From the NCBI GenBank assembly GCA_963813025.1, contig CAWEXO010000008.1, positions 128,001 to 192,000 on the forward strand: DNA of 64,000 nt. Direction: 5' to 3'. The notes under the pieces were generated by a model. It saw only the letters and a list, made by a program, of their open reading frames with translations, was not told the DNA's origin and made no database searches. Every line of letters starts with the position of its first letter. Position 1 is the first letter of the stretch. The stretch is from an uncultured Verrucomicrobiae bacterium (GTDB lineage: Bacteria > Verrucomicrobiota > Verrucomicrobiia > Chthoniobacterales > JAFAMB01). This document shows, in pieces, positions 32,331 through 44,069 of this stretch. The position numbers were made by a program, and so were the translations under genes.

Positions 32331-33605
32331 ATGAACCGATCAAATCCGTTTCCGGTCCCAGATCCCCATTATATGGTCAGCGTGGGAATCGATTGGGCTG
32401 ATAAAGAACACGCTGTCTGTCAACGCTCTGGTCCGGAGGGAGGATGCCGGACATTCCAGCTGGGCGCCGATCCCGTTTCGGTTCGGACCTGGCTCGAAGA
32501 GCTCAAAAGCTTGGCTGGTCCGCAGGGGCGGGTGGCCATTGGTTTTGAACAAAATCGGGGAGCACTCTTTGAAATGCTCCGCACCCAGGGAGACTGGATC
32601 GACCTCTATCCGCTCAATCCTTTGAGTTTAAGCGAATACCGCAAGGTCTTCTTTACTAGTGGCGCCAAGGATGACCCTCGCGACAGCCAATTGATCGAAG
32701 AGCTCGTTGATCACCATCGGGATCGGCTCCGGCTTTATCAACCCCCGGAGCCGGTAGTGCGGGAACTGGATTTGCTCGGTCAGCACCGACGCAAAGCCGT
32801 CGAGGCCTCCGTGGTGTGCGAAAACCAACTCACCAGCTTACTCAAAGTCTACTATCCGCTGGCCCTCGAGCTCCTCGATGATTTGGGCACCACTCTGGCG
32901 CTGCATTTTTTGAAACGCTGGCCGACCCTGCAGAGTTTAAAAAAAGCCAAGCCCCAGACCCTGCGCTCTTTTTTTTATCAGCACCACAGCCGCAGCCAGA
33001 GCTTGATCGAGGAGCGCTTGGAAAAGATTGCTCGGGCCCAAACCGTCACCGAGGATCGTTCTCTGCTGGAGCCCTCCGTGCTGAGTTGCAAGTGTTTGGT
33101 CAGTCAATTGTTGCCGCTGCGAGATTCCATCAAGGCTTTTGACAAAGCCATCCACACTCTGTTTGCCAAACATCCCGATCGGCACATTTTTGAAAGTCTG
33201 CCCGGAGCCGGCCCGCAATTAGCCCCGCGCTTGTTGGTGGCTTTTGGCTCCAATCGGCAGGCTTTTGCCCAAGCCCTGGAGGTACAGAAAAAAAGCGGAA
33301 TCGCTCCGGTCCAAGTGCGCAGCGGCCAAACCAAAAGCGTCCAGCGGCGGCGCTTTCGCTCCAAATTCCTGTGCCAGAGCTTCCACGAATTCGCGGCTCA
33401 TTCCATTCCTTATTCCCAATGGGCCAAGCTCTATTATCAAGAGCAAATGGCCCGCGGTAAGTCCCACCACACTGCCGTGCGCGCCTTGGCCTTTAAATGG
33501 ATCCGCGTCATCTTCCGGCTCTGGCAGGACCGCACCCCTTATGACGAAGAGCGCTACCTCCAAGTCCTCAAAAAACGCCACTCACCAATCGGTGAAAAAC
33601 TTTAA
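32331..33605 (+). CDS. IS110 family DEDD transposase/recombinase
   Basis: VGIDWADKEH, GFEQ, AKDDPRDS, SLPGAG, SGIAPVQVRSG; AGGAG RBS. Confidence 0.95.
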   Translation: MNRSNPFPVPDPHYMVSVGIDWADKEHAVCQRSGPEGGCRTFQLGADPVSVRTWLEELKSLAGPQGRVAIGFEQNRGALFEMLRTQGDWIDLYPLNPLSLSEYRKVFFTSGAKDDPRDSQLIEELVDHHRDRLRLYQPPEPVVRELDLLGQHRRKAVEASVVCENQLTSLLKVYYPLALELLDDLGTTLALHFLKRWPTLQSLKKAKPQTLRSFFYQHHSRSQSLIEERLEKIARAQTVTEDRSLLEPSVLSCKCLVSQLLPLRDSIKAFDKAIHTLFAKHPDRHIFESLPGAGPQLAPRLLVAFGSNRQAFAQALEVQKKSGIAPVQVRSGQTKSVQRRRFRSKFLCQSFHEFAAHSIPYSQWAKLYYQEQMARGKSHHTAVRALAFKWIRVIFRLWQDRTPYDEERYLQVLKKRHSPIGEKL

Positions 33606-33785
33606 CTTTTTCCCTTGCCAGACCTGCTCAGATACTGCCCTACCGCCGCAGGACAGTGCGGCATTCTGAGACGATCTCTGGCGCTCGCGCGACCCAAATT
33701 GGTGGCGTGCTACAGATTTCCCGAGTCCGACAGGCCGGAGGCCGTCCGCGCTACGGCAGGCCTTGCAATCGCCCTTGGCCGCGCT

Positions 33786-36700
33786 TCAGCCGACTGGGCG
33801 GCCAAATCCTCCGCCGCCTGGCGTTTCGATCACGATCGCATCGCCGCTTACCACATCGACCTGAGCGCAACCGGCGAGCTGTTCGGTCTCGCCGGTAGCT
33901 CGGATGACGGAGTTTCGACCGGTCGCCCCCGATTGACCACCATCCACTCCGAACGGTGGGACGATGCGGCTGCCCGACAGGATCGCTGCTTGCATCGGTT
34001 CGCGAAAAACGATTTTGCGGATAACGCCATCTCCTCCGTTCCATTTGCCACAACCTCCGGAACCTTCGCGGATCCGGAACTCCTCGACGACGACAGGATA
34101 GCGCAGCTCCAGGATTTCCAGATCGGTCAGGCGCGAGTTCGTCATGTGCGTATGAACGGCGGAGGCCCCGGGAAAGCCAGGACCCGCGCCGGCCCCGCCG
34201 CAAACCGTTTCATAATACTGGTATTGACTGTTGCCGAAGGTCAGGTTGTTCATCGTACCCTGGCTTCCCGCCATGATCCCGAGCGCACCGACGAGGGCGT
34301 TCGCCAGCGCTTGCGAAGTCTCGACATTCCCGGCGACAACGGCCGCCGGCCAGCGCGGATCCAACATACAGGCGGGTGGGACGATAATCTGGATCGGTTC
34401 GAGACAACCGTCGTTCAAAGGGATGTCCCGGTCGATCAAGGTCCGAAAAACATACAGCACCACCGCGCGCACAATCGCGCGAGGCGCGTTAGTATTATCC
34501 GGTTGTTGGGCGGAGGTGCCGGTAAAATCCACTTTGACGCGCCCGCCTTTTCGATCAACCTGCACGTGAATCTCTGCTCCGGTATCCGTCCGCTGAATGA
34601 ATTTTCCCACATTAAGCCGGGAAACGATCGACTCGACCTCCTTTGCCGCATTGTTGAAAACATGTTTGGTGTACGCTTCGACCGCCGCGACTCCGTAACG
34701 CTCGACGATTAACCGCATTTCGTGTACACCCCGGGCATTGGCGGCGAGCTGCGCCTGAATATCGCCGAGATTTTGCCGGGTGTTCCGCGCGGGAAACGGT
34801 CCTTTCTCGAGAGCTTCGATAAAAGCTTTCTCCTGAAAGACTCCCCGCGCTAGCAGCTGGAGGTCACCGACGAGAACACCTTCTTCCCCAATGGTCTGGC
34901 TGAACGGCGGCATCGAGCCAGGCATGCTTCCACCGATATCGGCGTGATGCCCCCGGCTAGCCACCCAGAAGGCCGGCTTTCGTGTCTGGCAGAACACCGG
35001 GCTGATTACCGTCAGGTCCGGCAAATGCGTGCCGCCGGCGTACGGGTCGTTTGAAAGGTAAGCGTCACCCAGCTCAACCGAACGGCCGTGCTTGGCAATG
35101 ATTGCCTGGACAGCGGCGCTCATCGATCCCAAGTGCACCGGGATATGCGGCGCGTTCGCAATCAGCCGGCCGCCTCGATCGAAAACGGCACAGGAATAAT
35201 CCAGTCGTTCTTTGATGTTCACCGAATAAGCGGTGTTCTGCAGAACTACTCCCATTTGCTCGGCGACAGCGACGAAAAGGTTATTGAACAGTTCGAGCAG
35301 AACCGGATCCACCGCGCTAGTTACGGCGAAGGTAGCTGCTCTTGACCGCAACCGTTCCAGGATCAGGTCACCGTTTCCGGCGATCTCGGCGCCCCAGCCG
35401 GGTTCAACGACAGTGGTTGAATGGTTCTCCGCAATGATCGCCGGTCCCTCAAGCCGGGCTCCCGACATCAGCTCGTCCCGGGGATATATCGGGGTTCGCC
35501 GCTCATGGCCCTGAAACGTCACGTCAGCAAAACGGATCTGCTCCTGGCGGGCCGCCGGATTCCAGGAAGGTACGACCTGGGGTGGTTCGCCGATCATTTC
35601 GACTTCAATCGAATCCAGGATCAGGGCGCGCTCCGGCATCACAAATCCGTACCAGCTCAAATGACGTTGCCGGAAGATTTCCGTTGCTTGATCGACAGTG
35701 CTTGCTTCGACCGCGATCGAACTATCGCTGCCCTCGTATCGCAAATAGACACGGCGCGCGACTCTCGACGAAAAGAGCGCCTCCTGCGAAAGATCCTCCG
35801 CAACAGCTTGTTCGAGGAGAGAAAATTCGCTTGTCAGGGCAGCCCAGTTTGACTCTTCCAAAGCCTTCTCGATCGTCTTTTGACGGAGCGCCCGCACCTC
35901 CGCCGCACCGATGCCGTACGCCGACAAGACACCGGCCAACTGCGGGACCATTACGCGGTTGATTTCCAGCCCGTCAGCAACAGCAGTGGCGTGTTGACCT
36001 GCGGCGCCACCAAATGCGACCAACGTATAGCCCCGGGGATCGCGGCCCTGGGCAAGCGTAATTTTCTTAATGGCGTTTACCATGTTGTCGACCGCCACAC
36101 GCAAAAACCCTTCGGCTACGGCCAGCGGATCCCAACCCGACAGTTCGGCGCATAAACTGCGCAACCGGGTAAACACAGCGTCGCGGTCGATTGGCTGATC
36201 TCCGCTCCGTCCAAAGACCTTCGGGAATAAGTCCGGTTGAAGACGACCGAGCGCCACGTTGCAGTCCGTGACCGTCAGTGGACCGTTTTTGCGATAACAG
36301 GCCGGCCCGGGTTCCGCGCCGGCGCTAGCAGGACCAACCCGAAAACGCGCCCCATCGAAGTGGCAGATCGAGCCGCCGCCCGCCGCCACGGTATGAACTT
36401 GTAACATGGGCGCCCGAATACTGATCCCGGAAATCTCCGTTTCCATCGCTCGCTCATACTCTCCGGCAAAGTGCGACACATCGGTGGACGTACCACCCAT
36501 ATCGAACCCAATGATGCGAGTGATTCCAGCGGCCCGGCCAGTCTTCACTGCACCCACCACGCCTCCAGCCGGACCGGAGAGTATCGCGTTCCTGCCATGA
36601 AACACCGAAGCCTCGGCCAAACCTCCATTGGACTGCATAAATCTCACTCGAACACCCGGAAGCTCCCGGCGCACGTGCTCGATATACCGGCGCAGAATCG

Positions 36701-37349
36701 GCGAAAGGTAAGCATCCACGACAGCCGTCTGACCACGGGGCACGAGCTTAATCAGTCCGCTCGCCTCGTGGCTCTTTGAGATCTGCGCAAAACCAATCTC
36801 ACGCGCGACATCAGCTACCCTGTTCTCGTGCTCCGGGAATCGGAAACTGTGGGCCAACACAATGCTTACGGACCGAAACCCATCTTGAAAAGCCGTTTGG
36901 AGAGTTCGCTTTGCTGCGTTCAGATCGAGCTCAACCAGGACCTCACCGGCAGAAGTTATCCTCCCGGCGATTTCGGCCACCCGGGACCAGAGCTGCTCGG
37001 GCAACTGAATAGCTCGATCAAAAAGCCGGGGCCGCTGCTGAGTGCCGATCCGCAGAATATCCCGCAGACCCTGGTTCACGAGCAACAGAGTGGGTTCGCC
37101 TTTCCGCTCTAGCAGCGCGTTCGTTGCGACTGTCGTGCCGATCCGAACCTCGGCAATCTCCTCCAACGGGATCGGCAATTCAGGGACGAGGCCGAGGATC
37201 GTGCGAATTCCGGGGATCGTGGCGTCCCGGAAACGGCCCGGGTCCTCAGAAAGAAGCTTGGCGGTTTTCAATGTGCCATCAGGCGCGCGGCCGACGATGT
37301 CTGTAAATGTTCCGCCTCGATCGATCCAGAATTGCCACACCCGAAGCAC
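33786..37349 (-). CDS. 5-oxoprolinase / hydantoinase A+B fusion
   Basis: [49 protein letters not shown]. Confidence 0.95.
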   Translation of the reverse strand: MLRVWQFWIDRGGTFTDIVGRAPDGTLKTAKLLSEDPGRFRDATIPGIRTILGLVPELPIPLEEIAEVRIGTTVATNALLERKGEPTLLLVNQGLRDILRIGTQQRPRLFDRAIQLPEQLWSRVAEIAGRITSAGEVLVELDLNAAKRTLQTAFQDGFRSVSIVLAHSFRFPEHENRVADVAREIGFAQISKSHEASGLIKLVPRGQTAVVDAYLSPILRRYIEHVRRELPGVRVRFMQSNGGLAEASVFHGRNAILSGPAGGVVGAVKTGRAAGITRIIGFDMGGTSTDVSHFAGEYERAMETEISGISIRAPMLQVHTVAAGGGSICHFDGARFRVGPASAGAEPGPACYRKNGPLTVTDCNVALGRLQPDLFPKVFGRSGDQPIDRDAVFTRLRSLCAELSGWDPLAVAEGFLRVAVDNMVNAIKKITLAQGRDPRGYTLVAFGGAAGQHATAVADGLEINRVMVPQLAGVLSAYGIGAAEVRALRQKTIEKALEESNWAALTSEFSLLEQAVAEDLSQEALFSSRVARRVYLRYEGSDSSIAVEASTVDQATEIFRQRHLSWYGFVMPERALILDSIEVEMIGEPPQVVPSWNPAARQEQIRFADVTFQGHERRTPIYPRDELMSGARLEGPAIIAENHSTTVVEPGWGAEIAGNGDLILERLRSRAATFAVTSAVDPVLLELFNNLFVAVAEQMGVVLQNTAYSVNIKERLDYSCAVFDRGGRLIANAPHIPVHLGSMSAAVQAIIAKHGRSVELGDAYLSNDPYAGGTHLPDLTVISPVFCQTRKPAFWVASRGHHADIGGSMPGSMPPFSQTIGEEGVLVGDLQLLARGVFQEKAFIEALEKGPFPARNTRQNLGDIQAQLAANARGVHEMRLIVERYGVAAVEAYTKHVFNNAAKEVESIVSRLNVGKFIQRTDTGAEIHVQVDRKGGRVKVDFTGTSAQQPDNTNAPRAIVRAVVLYVFRTLIDRDIPLNDGCLEPIQIIVPPACMLDPRWPAAVVAGNVETSQALANALVGALGIMAGSQGTMNNLTFGNSQYQYYETVCGGAGAGPGFPGASAVHTHMTNSRLTDLEILELRYPVVVEEFRIREGSGGCGKWNGGDGVIRKIVFREPMQAAILSGSRIVPPFGVDGGQSGATGRNSVIRATGETEQLAGCAQVDVVSGDAIVIETPGGGGFGRPVG

Positions 37350-37697
37350 GTTGAACCTTCAGAGTTCAACGTTCAACGCCGAAGCGCTCCAGAGGAGCAG
37401 AAAGAATCTGAGGTGCGATTTGTCGCTGCTTTAGGATTCGCGCGGAGCGCAACCCTGGCCCCGACGCGCAAAACCGCGAAACTCACTGTTCCCTGGCGAA
37501 AAGACTTCTTTGGTTGGCCGCCGCGCCCCGCGCGGTATCAAAGCGGCCACACGCACTCCATTAACTCTTTGCCGGGAAGTCTCCGCGCGGTAGGGCCACC
37601 TCAGACCGATAGACATCTCACCGGAAACACTCGGGTGCGCGTGCAATCCAAAAAATTGCCTCCTCTGCGACCAGATCCGGGGTGATCTGAGTGGCAA

Positions 37698-38294
37698 TCA
37701 TGAAGTAAAGTCCTCGAGAGATGCGATCACAGCGGCAAGCGCGCGGGATCGGTGGCTCAGACTGTTCTTTATCAGGGAGGACAGTTCACCGAAAGTCTCG
37801 TCGTAGCCTCGGGGCACAAAGATCGGATCGTACCCAAACCCGCCCGTGCCTCGTTCAATCGTCAAGACGGTACCTTCGACCACGTCTGCGAACGAGCCCA
37901 CCATCTCCCCACCGGCGGCCAGGACCATGGCGCAACGGAAACGCCCGGGCGAACCGCTTGCCATGTTCTTTTTCTTTAAGTTGGCGATGACCAGCTGGCG
38001 ATTGCTCGCATCCGTTGCTTCCGGTCCGGCATAGCGTGCCGAGAAAACACCAGGTTCGCCATTCAATCCGTCAACCTCAAGCCCAGAGTCATCGGCCAAC
38101 ACCAAGCCGCGAAAGCAACGCGAAATGCCGAGCGCTTTGAGCGCGGCGTTCGCCTCGAAAGTAGTCCCGGTCTCTTCAATCTTCGGCGTGTCCTTGAGCG
38201 CAGTCAGGTCAGAGACTTCCCACGTTCGCCCAAGCATTTGCGCGATCTCACGTGTCTTATTGGTGTTCCGAGTGGCGAGAATTAACGACGACAT
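37698..38294 (-). CDS. rdgB: Non-canonical purine NTP pyrophosphatase (RdgB/HAM1)
   Basis: ATRNTNK, ADDSGLEV, GFGYDPIF and SHR motifs. Confidence 0.95.
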   Translation of the reverse strand: MSSLILATRNTNKTREIAQMLGRTWEVSDLTALKDTPKIEETGTTFEANAALKALGISRCFRGLVLADDSGLEVDGLNGEPGVFSARYAGPEATDASNRQLVIANLKKKNMASGSPGRFRCAMVLAAGGEMVGSFADVVEGTVLTIERGTGGFGYDPIFVPRGYDETFGELSSLIKNSLSHRSRALAAVIASLEDFTS

Positions 38295-38364
38295 CAAGAT
38301 CCCCCGGCGTTCTTGGACCTCACGGTACTTTGCACCCGTGCGGGTGCGAGTGCCAGTGCAGTGT

Positions 38365-38481
38365 CAGTATCAGTATCAGTATCAGTATCAGTATCAGTAT
38401 CAGTATCAGTATCAGTATCAGTATCAGTATCAGTATCAGTATCAGTATCAGTATCAGTATCAGTATCAGTATCAGTATCAG
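38365..38481 (+). repeat. Perfect hexamer tandem array (CAGTAT)19
   Basis: Direct count: 19 units plus CAG; degenerate xAGTGC units upstream. Confidence 0.97.
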
Positions 38482-38724
38482 CCTTCGGCGCCGGGATTTT
38501 TGCGAGCCTTACTCAAAGTCGGGGCGACGGAAACGGAGCCTGGCGCACGAGACCCTACGTCTTACATAACGCCGACGGCCTCGGGCGCTTCCGGGGTTCA
38601 TCGAGGGCTGCCCGGGGTTCAAGGTTCAACACCGGCACTAGCACTAGCACTGACACTACCTGGCACTGGCACAAACCCGCATCACCGCTATATGTGAGAT
38701 TCTACACCGCAGCGTGTTGTCCTG

Positions 38725-41316
38725 ATGAGCGCACGACGAAAGCAATTCCCATTTGATGAGTTCGAACCGAAATGGCAGCGGTTCTGGGAAGAGAACCGCA
38801 CTTTCCGTGCGCTGAATCCAGGCGAACCCGGGTTCGATCCGCGGCAGCCGAAGATCTACATCCTCGACATGTTTCCTTATCCGAGCGGCGAGGGTTTGCA
38901 TGTGGGACATCCGGAAGGCTATACCGCAACGGATATTCTCGCCCGGTACAGGCGGCTCAAAGGTTTCAACGTACTGCATCCGATCGGCTGGGATGCCTTT
39001 GGTCTTCCGGCCGAGCAGTTTGCTATCAGGACAGGCCAACATCCGTCCGTCGCAACGGCGACGAATATCGCCCGTTTCAGAACGCAGCTCAAACGGATCG
39101 GGTTCAGTTACGACTGGAATAGAGAGATCAATACTACGGACCCGGATTACTACCGCTGGACACAGTGGATTTTTCTCCAGCTGTATAATTCCTGGTACAA
39201 TCCGGAACGCAAGATGGCTGGGCCCATCACTGAACTCGCCGAACAAAAGAAAGCCGCCAGTCCGGGGCTTTCGGCCGACGAACTAGGGAAGTTTTTGGAC
39301 GATCACCGGCTCGCTTATGTTTCCGATGCACCGGTGAATTGGTGCCCGGAACTGGGCACGGTTCTGGCCAACGAAGAAGTCGTCGACGGCAAAAGCGAGG
39401 TGGGCGGTTTCCCGGTCATTCGCCGACCGATGCGGCAATGGATGCTGCGTATCACCGCGTACGCCGACCGGTTGAACGATGAGCTGGAAGGCCTCGATTG
39501 GCCTGAGTCAATCAAGCTGCTTCAGCGCAATTGGATCGGTCGGAGCGAAGGCGCGGAAATTCGCTTCCCGGTCGTCGGGACAGGGGCCGAGCTGACTGTC
39601 TTTACCACTCGGCCGGATACCTTGTACGGCGCGACTTACATGGTGCTTGCCCCGGAACATCCGTTGATCGATGCGGTCACGAGCGCGGAACAACGAAACG
39701 CGGTGCAAGCTTACCAGGAATCGACGAAGGCCAAGTCTGACCTCGAACGAACCGATCTGGCCAAGGAAAAGACTGGCGTTTTCACCGGAGGTTTCGCGCT
39801 CAATCCGGCAACCGAAGAACAGATCCCGATCTGGATCGCTGATTACGTGCTGATCAGCTACGGCACCGGGGCAATTATGGCTGTCCCGGCCCATGACGAG
39901 CGCGACCACGAATTCGCCCGGAAATTCGGGCTGGATATTCGGGAAGTCGTGCAGCCGCCCAAGCCGGTCGAAGGGTGCTTTACTGGAGAAGGAGTATCGA
40001 TCAATTCAGGTTCGTTCAGCGGCCTTCCGACCATGGAAGCCAAAGCACGGATCATTGACCACCTGGAAGCGACCGGGTCTGGGCGTCGGTCGATCAATTA
40101 CAAGCTCAGGGATTGGTTGTTCTCGCGGCAGCGTTACTGGGGCGAACCGTTCCCGATCGTGTGGCGCAACTCGCATCACGAGGCGCTGCCTGAGTCCGCT
40201 CTGCCGGTCGTTCCGCCCCCCTTGGAAGACTATCGGCCTACCGGCACAATCGAACCGCCACTCGCGAAAGCAGCCGATTGGATCGCACTCTCCGATGGCG
40301 CGCGGCGCGAGCTGAACACAATGCCCCAATGGGCGGGTTCTTGCTGGTACTACCTCCGTTTCGCTTCGCCGCATTGCGCCACCCGATTTGTCGATGCCGA
40401 AGCAGAACGTTATTGGATGGGCGGTAACCATTCCGGCGGAGTTGATCTGTATGTCGGAGGTACCGAGCACGCTGTGCTGCACCTTCTGTATGCCCGGTTC
40501 TGGCATAAAGTTCTCTATGATCTGGGATATCTGTCGAAACCGGAACCGTTCCAACGCCTGGTGAACCAAGGAATGATCCTGGGCGAGGACAATCAGAAAA
40601 TGTCCAAAAGCCGGGGCAACGTCGTTACCCCGGACGATATCGAGGCGGAGTACGGAGCCGACTCGCTCCGTCTCTTCGAGATGTTTATGGGCCCTCTGGA
40701 GGCAACCAAACCCTGGAGCATGAGCGGGGTCGAAGGAGTTTATCGTTTTCTGGCGCGCGTCTGGCGTTTGGCAATGGAGGAAAATCAGGAAGGCGAATGG
40801 CGGTTATCGGCCGCCCTGACAAGGCGCGAATTGAACGATCGCGAACAGCGCCTCCTTCATTCGACCATCAAAAAAGTCTCCGAAGATATCGAGTCGCTTT
40901 CCTTCAATACCGCGATCGCTCAATTGATGATTTTCGTGAACGAATTCACCGGGCCGAATCCGCGTCCGCTTGCCGCGCTTGAACCATTTCTGATCCTCCT
41001 GAATCCATTTTCCCCACACCTTTCCGAAGAGCTCTGGCAGCGGCTGGGCGAGAAGTTCGACGAATTCAGCGGTCCGATTTCTCGCCGTACCTGGCCGGTC
41101 TGGGACGACAATCGGCTCGTCCAGACCGAGGTCGAGGTGATTATTCAGATCAACGGCAAGCTGCGCGCGAAGGTCTCGGTCGCGAAAGACCTGCCGGAGG
41201 AGGAAATCAGAAAACTGGCTCTCGCCACGCCCCAGGTCCAAAAAGCGATCCAGGACAGATCAGTTCGGAAAGTGATCGTTGTTCCGAACAAAGTCGTGAA
41301 CGTTGTGGTGAGCTGA
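38725..41316 (+). CDS. leuS: Leucine--tRNA ligase
   Basis: [21 protein letters not shown] and KMSKS motifs. Confidence 0.98.
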   Translation: MSARRKQFPFDEFEPKWQRFWEENRTFRALNPGEPGFDPRQPKIYILDMFPYPSGEGLHVGHPEGYTATDILARYRRLKGFNVLHPIGWDAFGLPAEQFAIRTGQHPSVATATNIARFRTQLKRIGFSYDWNREINTTDPDYYRWTQWIFLQLYNSWYNPERKMAGPITELAEQKKAASPGLSADELGKFLDDHRLAYVSDAPVNWCPELGTVLANEEVVDGKSEVGGFPVIRRPMRQWMLRITAYADRLNDELEGLDWPESIKLLQRNWIGRSEGAEIRFPVVGTGAELTVFTTRPDTLYGATYMVLAPEHPLIDAVTSAEQRNAVQAYQESTKAKSDLERTDLAKEKTGVFTGGFALNPATEEQIPIWIADYVLISYGTGAIMAVPAHDERDHEFARKFGLDIREVVQPPKPVEGCFTGEGVSINSGSFSGLPTMEAKARIIDHLEATGSGRRSINYKLRDWLFSRQRYWGEPFPIVWRNSHHEALPESALPVVPPPLEDYRPTGTIEPPLAKAADWIALSDGARRELNTMPQWAGSCWYYLRFASPHCATRFVDAEAERYWMGGNHSGGVDLYVGGTEHAVLHLLYARFWHKVLYDLGYLSKPEPFQRLVNQGMILGEDNQKMSKSRGNVVTPDDIEAEYGADSLRLFEMFMGPLEATKPWSMSGVEGVYRFLARVWRLAMEENQEGEWRLSAALTRRELNDREQRLLHSTIKKVSEDIESLSFNTAIAQLMIFVNEFTGPNPRPLAALEPFLILLNPFSPHLSEELWQRLGEKFDEFSGPISRRTWPVWDDNRLVQTEVEVIIQINGKLRAKVSVAKDLPEEEIRKLALATPQVQKAIQDRSVRKVIVVPNKVVNVVVS

Positions 41317-41373
41317 TTGGAAGGCGTAGCGCAGACGGCCTCGTCCATACTCTAGACCGCCTGAAAGGCCTAA

Positions 41374-42956
41374 CCCGGATATTTCATCATAAGGGCAAAA
41401 AAGTAGCGAAGTTCTTTATGTAACCTGTTAGGATTGAATAGGTTACAAACAAGCCAACAGGGAAACTTCGCTAATGACAGATTGTAGACAGTTTGATTTT
41501 GAATTGCCAGGAGTAAAAGGGAGAAAAATTGAGGGCAATTTCGAGGGTGGAGAGGTGAGCAGCGACGGCGGCTTGGTACTGCTGCGGCAGGCCGACCGCT
41601 GGATTGGGTTAACCAAAGCGTTGGCCAAGCAACTACCCGATAAGCGGGATCCAGACAAGATCGAGCACTCTTTTGAGAGCATGCTCCGGCAACGCATTTA
41701 CGGATTAGCGCTTGGCTATGAAGATCTTAATGATCACGACACTTTGCGCAAAGATCCCTTGTGGCAGACGGCGAGTGAACGGGCTGAGCAATTAGCCAGT
41801 TGCTCGACGCTGTGCCGATTAGAGAGCCGAGCCGGACGCACGGAAGCCCGGCTGATGCATGAAGTGTTGTTCGAACAGTTTGTGGGTAGCTTCGAGTCGG
41901 CGCCCAGCGAATTGATTCTCGATTTTGACTGTACCGACGATCGGGTACACGGCCTACAAGAGGGTCGCCACTTCCACGGCTATTACTACGATTTTTGCTT
42001 TTTGCCGCTCTATGTCTTTTGCGGCGAGCAGCTGCTGGTCAGTTACCTGCGAAAGAGCAACATCGATTCAGCCAAACATGCCTGGGCAATCTTAGCGTTG
42101 TTAGTCAAAGGGCTCCGCCGGCGTTGGCCCAAACTCAAAATTATCCTGCGTGCCGATAGCGGCTTTTGCCGCTGGAAAATGCTGCGGTGGTGCGAGCGTC
42201 ACCAAGTCCAGTATCTCGTTGGATTGGCCAAGAATGAGCGGCTCAATGCCTTATCAGCCAAGCTGCAGAGGCGGGCTAAGCGCAAGCACCAGAAGAGCGG
42301 GCAAAAAGTGCGACTTTTCACGCAGTTCAAGTACAAGGCCAAAACTTGGGACAAGAAACGACGGGTGATCGCCAAGGCCGAACACTCCGTTTATGGGGCT
42401 AATCCGCGCTACGTGCTCACCAACTTGGAGGGTCGTTCCCAAGAGCTCTACGACCAGATCTACTGCGCTCGTGGGGAGATGGAGAATCGTATCAAAGAAC
42501 AACAATTGGGCCTCTTCAGTGATCGCACAAGCTGCCATGCTTGGTGGGCCAATCAGTTCCGGCTTTTGCTCTCCTGGGGCAGCCTACGTGCTCTTAGAAG
42601 CGCTGCGGCGCCTCGGCTTAAACGGAACCCAACTGGCACATGCCCAGGTTGGGACTATCCGCCTGCGCTTACTGAAAGTCGGCGCTCTCATCACCCGAAA
42701 CACACGCCGAATCCGACTGCGCCTAAGCTCAAGCTTCCCACGCCGAGAACTCTTTTGCTCCTGCCTGGTGCGCTTCTACGGCTGACGCCCTTGGTGGTGC
42801 TGACCCCGGCACCCGAAAAACAACGGCGGCTGACCCGCGGTGTCTCCTGATCGTGCTCTCGCGCCATCCAATAGCCCGCTTTCGGCAGACAGTTTCGCCA
42901 TCAACCAAAAACTGATCTCGCCCGTGCGTTAACCATTACATGATGCAAAAAGCGGG
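41374..42956 (+). mobile_element. IS1380-family insertion sequence
   Basis: Imperfect TIRs CCCGGATATTTCATCA / TGATGCAAAAAGCGGG; 4-bp TSD CTAA at 41370-41373 and 42957-42960. Confidence 0.88.
41474..42785 (+). CDS. IS1380 DDE transposase, frameshifted in a G-run near 42576
   Basis: SSDGG, GYEDLNDH, LDFDCTDD, RADSGF, YCARGEMENRIKE; C-terminus AAYVLLEALRR in another frame. Confidence 0.9.
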
Positions 42957-43113
42957 CTAAGCAGCATGCCTGCGCGCCGTAGCTCAGAGCGAAACGAAGG
43001 GCGAAGGAGGGAGCGGTTTGAGCGTGCTGACACTGACATCGGCGCTAGCACTGGCACTTCCTTTCAGCTCCTTGAATTCTCAGCCGGTCGTGCCACACTT
43101 CTCCTCTGCCAGC

Positions 43114-43187
43114 GCACCCGTAGCTCAATTGGATAGAGTATATGACTTCGGATCATAGGGTTGCAGGTTCGAGCCCTGCCGGGTGCA
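43114..43187 (+). tRNA. tRNA-Arg (anticodon UCG)
   Basis: GCACCCG/CGGGTGC acceptor stem, TATGA-CT-TCG-GA-TCATA anticodon arm, GGTTCGAGCC T-loop. Confidence 0.95.
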
Positions 43188-43251
43188 AATCGGCTACCAG
43201 AGCCAATCTCCAAGCAATTCGCGATTCCGAAACATCCGCTTCCAAAATGTC

Positions 43252-43283
43252 TGTTGGCCGTTTGTTGGCCGTTTTTCGTGTTC
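43252..43283 (+). repeat. 32-bp direct repeat, left copy (putative integrase arm site)
   Basis: TGTTGGCCGTTTGTTGGCCGTTTTTCGTGTTC, identical to 59294-59325. Confidence 0.8.
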
Positions 43284-43357
43284 GTCAAAAAGCGGATTTT
43301 CACGGCTTTTGAAGATTGACCTTCGGATGGCGCTCGGATCACCATGACGGTTTCCCC

Positions 43358-43570
43358 ATGAAAACCGCTCCTCCGAACTTCAAACCTTCGGGAACCGTCC
43401 TTTACACCTACCGGTGCCCTGAGCACATCGGATTTGATCTCCAAGTCGTTGCGCATATCGCACAAAGCCGCGCAGTGATCGCGCGCAAAGCAAAGACTGC
43501 TAAACAGTCTCTCGGCGCATTTATCTGGGACGAAATGGCGGCGCTAGTCGCTATGGCCAAGCTGGAATAG
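43358..43570 (+). CDS. Small hypothetical protein
   Basis: First of three closely packed + strand ORFs. Confidence 0.45.
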   Translation: MKTAPPNFKPSGTVLYTYRCPEHIGFDLQVVAHIAQSRAVIARKAKTAKQSLGAFIWDEMAALVAMAKLE

Positions 43571-43576
43571 GCATTT

Positions 43577-43759
43577 ATGAAACAGCGAAAACGTAAGCTC
43601 AAAGCCTCCGAGGTCCAGCATATCGTGATTCCGAGCACTGAACTGGTCAAGGCAATCGAGCAGCGCGGACATTGGATGAAAGCCGAGGATGTGCGTCCTG
43701 TAGTAATGAAGGCGCCGGCAAGATTTGGGAACAAGAGGTCCCACTTTACAAAACACTGA
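43577..43759 (+). CDS. Small basic hypothetical protein
   Basis: Spaced 6 nt and 1 nt from its neighbours. Confidence 0.45.
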   Translation: MKQRKRKLKASEVQHIVIPSTELVKAIEQRGHWMKAEDVRPVVMKAPARFGNKRSHFTKH

Positions 43760-43760
43760 T

Positions 43761-44069
43761 ATGAAAAATTCACACTTCGAGGAACACGAAATAGAGGCTC
43801 AAGAACCTACTGGACACAGTTGCCCTGTTTGCGAAACCCCCATTTACCGGGTGCGCGCCGAGGGCAAAAACTGGATCAGCTGCGAATGTATGGCCGAAGG
43901 AGACTTTGTTGGCAAGGGTGTGTTGGTTGACGATACCGGCTTTCATAACTCCCTCAGTGAGATCTGGGGTCAAGAAGTCCGCTACATGATGGAGACTCGG
44001 AATGAAAAATTTCCGAAGTCTTCGCTCCCCGGACCGGTTGAGGGGCTTGATCTTTCGGAAGAAGAATAA
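43761..44069 (+). CDS. Hypothetical zinc-ribbon protein
   Basis: CPVC...CEC. Confidence 0.5.
   Translation: MKNSHFEEHEIEAQEPTGHSCPVCETPIYRVRAEGKNWISCECMAEGDFVGKGVLVDDTGFHNSLSEIWGQEVRYMMETRNEKFPKSSLPGPVEGLDLSEEE

Larger units (their letters stand above)
32028..33636 (+). mobile_element. IS110-family element (ends tentative; CT core at 32026-32027 and 33635-33636)
   Basis: IS110 transposase, ~300-nt structured left non-coding end, no TIR or TSD seen. Confidence 0.75.
31720..33740. repeat. REPIN-like inverted repeat arms (~31720-31830 and ~33637-33740) interrupted by IS110
   Basis: GTCCTGTGGCGGTAGGGC (31811-31828) matches the reverse complement of 33637-33654 at 17/18; further arm similarity in CCGGxCTGTCGGACT..GGGxAATCTGTAGC. 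Confidence 0.7.

Noticed and set aside
33615..34712. 365-aa plus-strand ORF after IS110
   Set aside because: Antisense shadow of the oxoprolinase gene plus repeat sequence
38365..38481. Possible CRISPR array
   Set aside because: Hexamer tandem repeat with no spacers, and no cas genes in the window
38125..38756. ORFs with poly-QY, poly-SI and poly-VS tracts
   Set aside because: They are translations of the CAGTAT array, which has no stop in these frames; no other coding evidence
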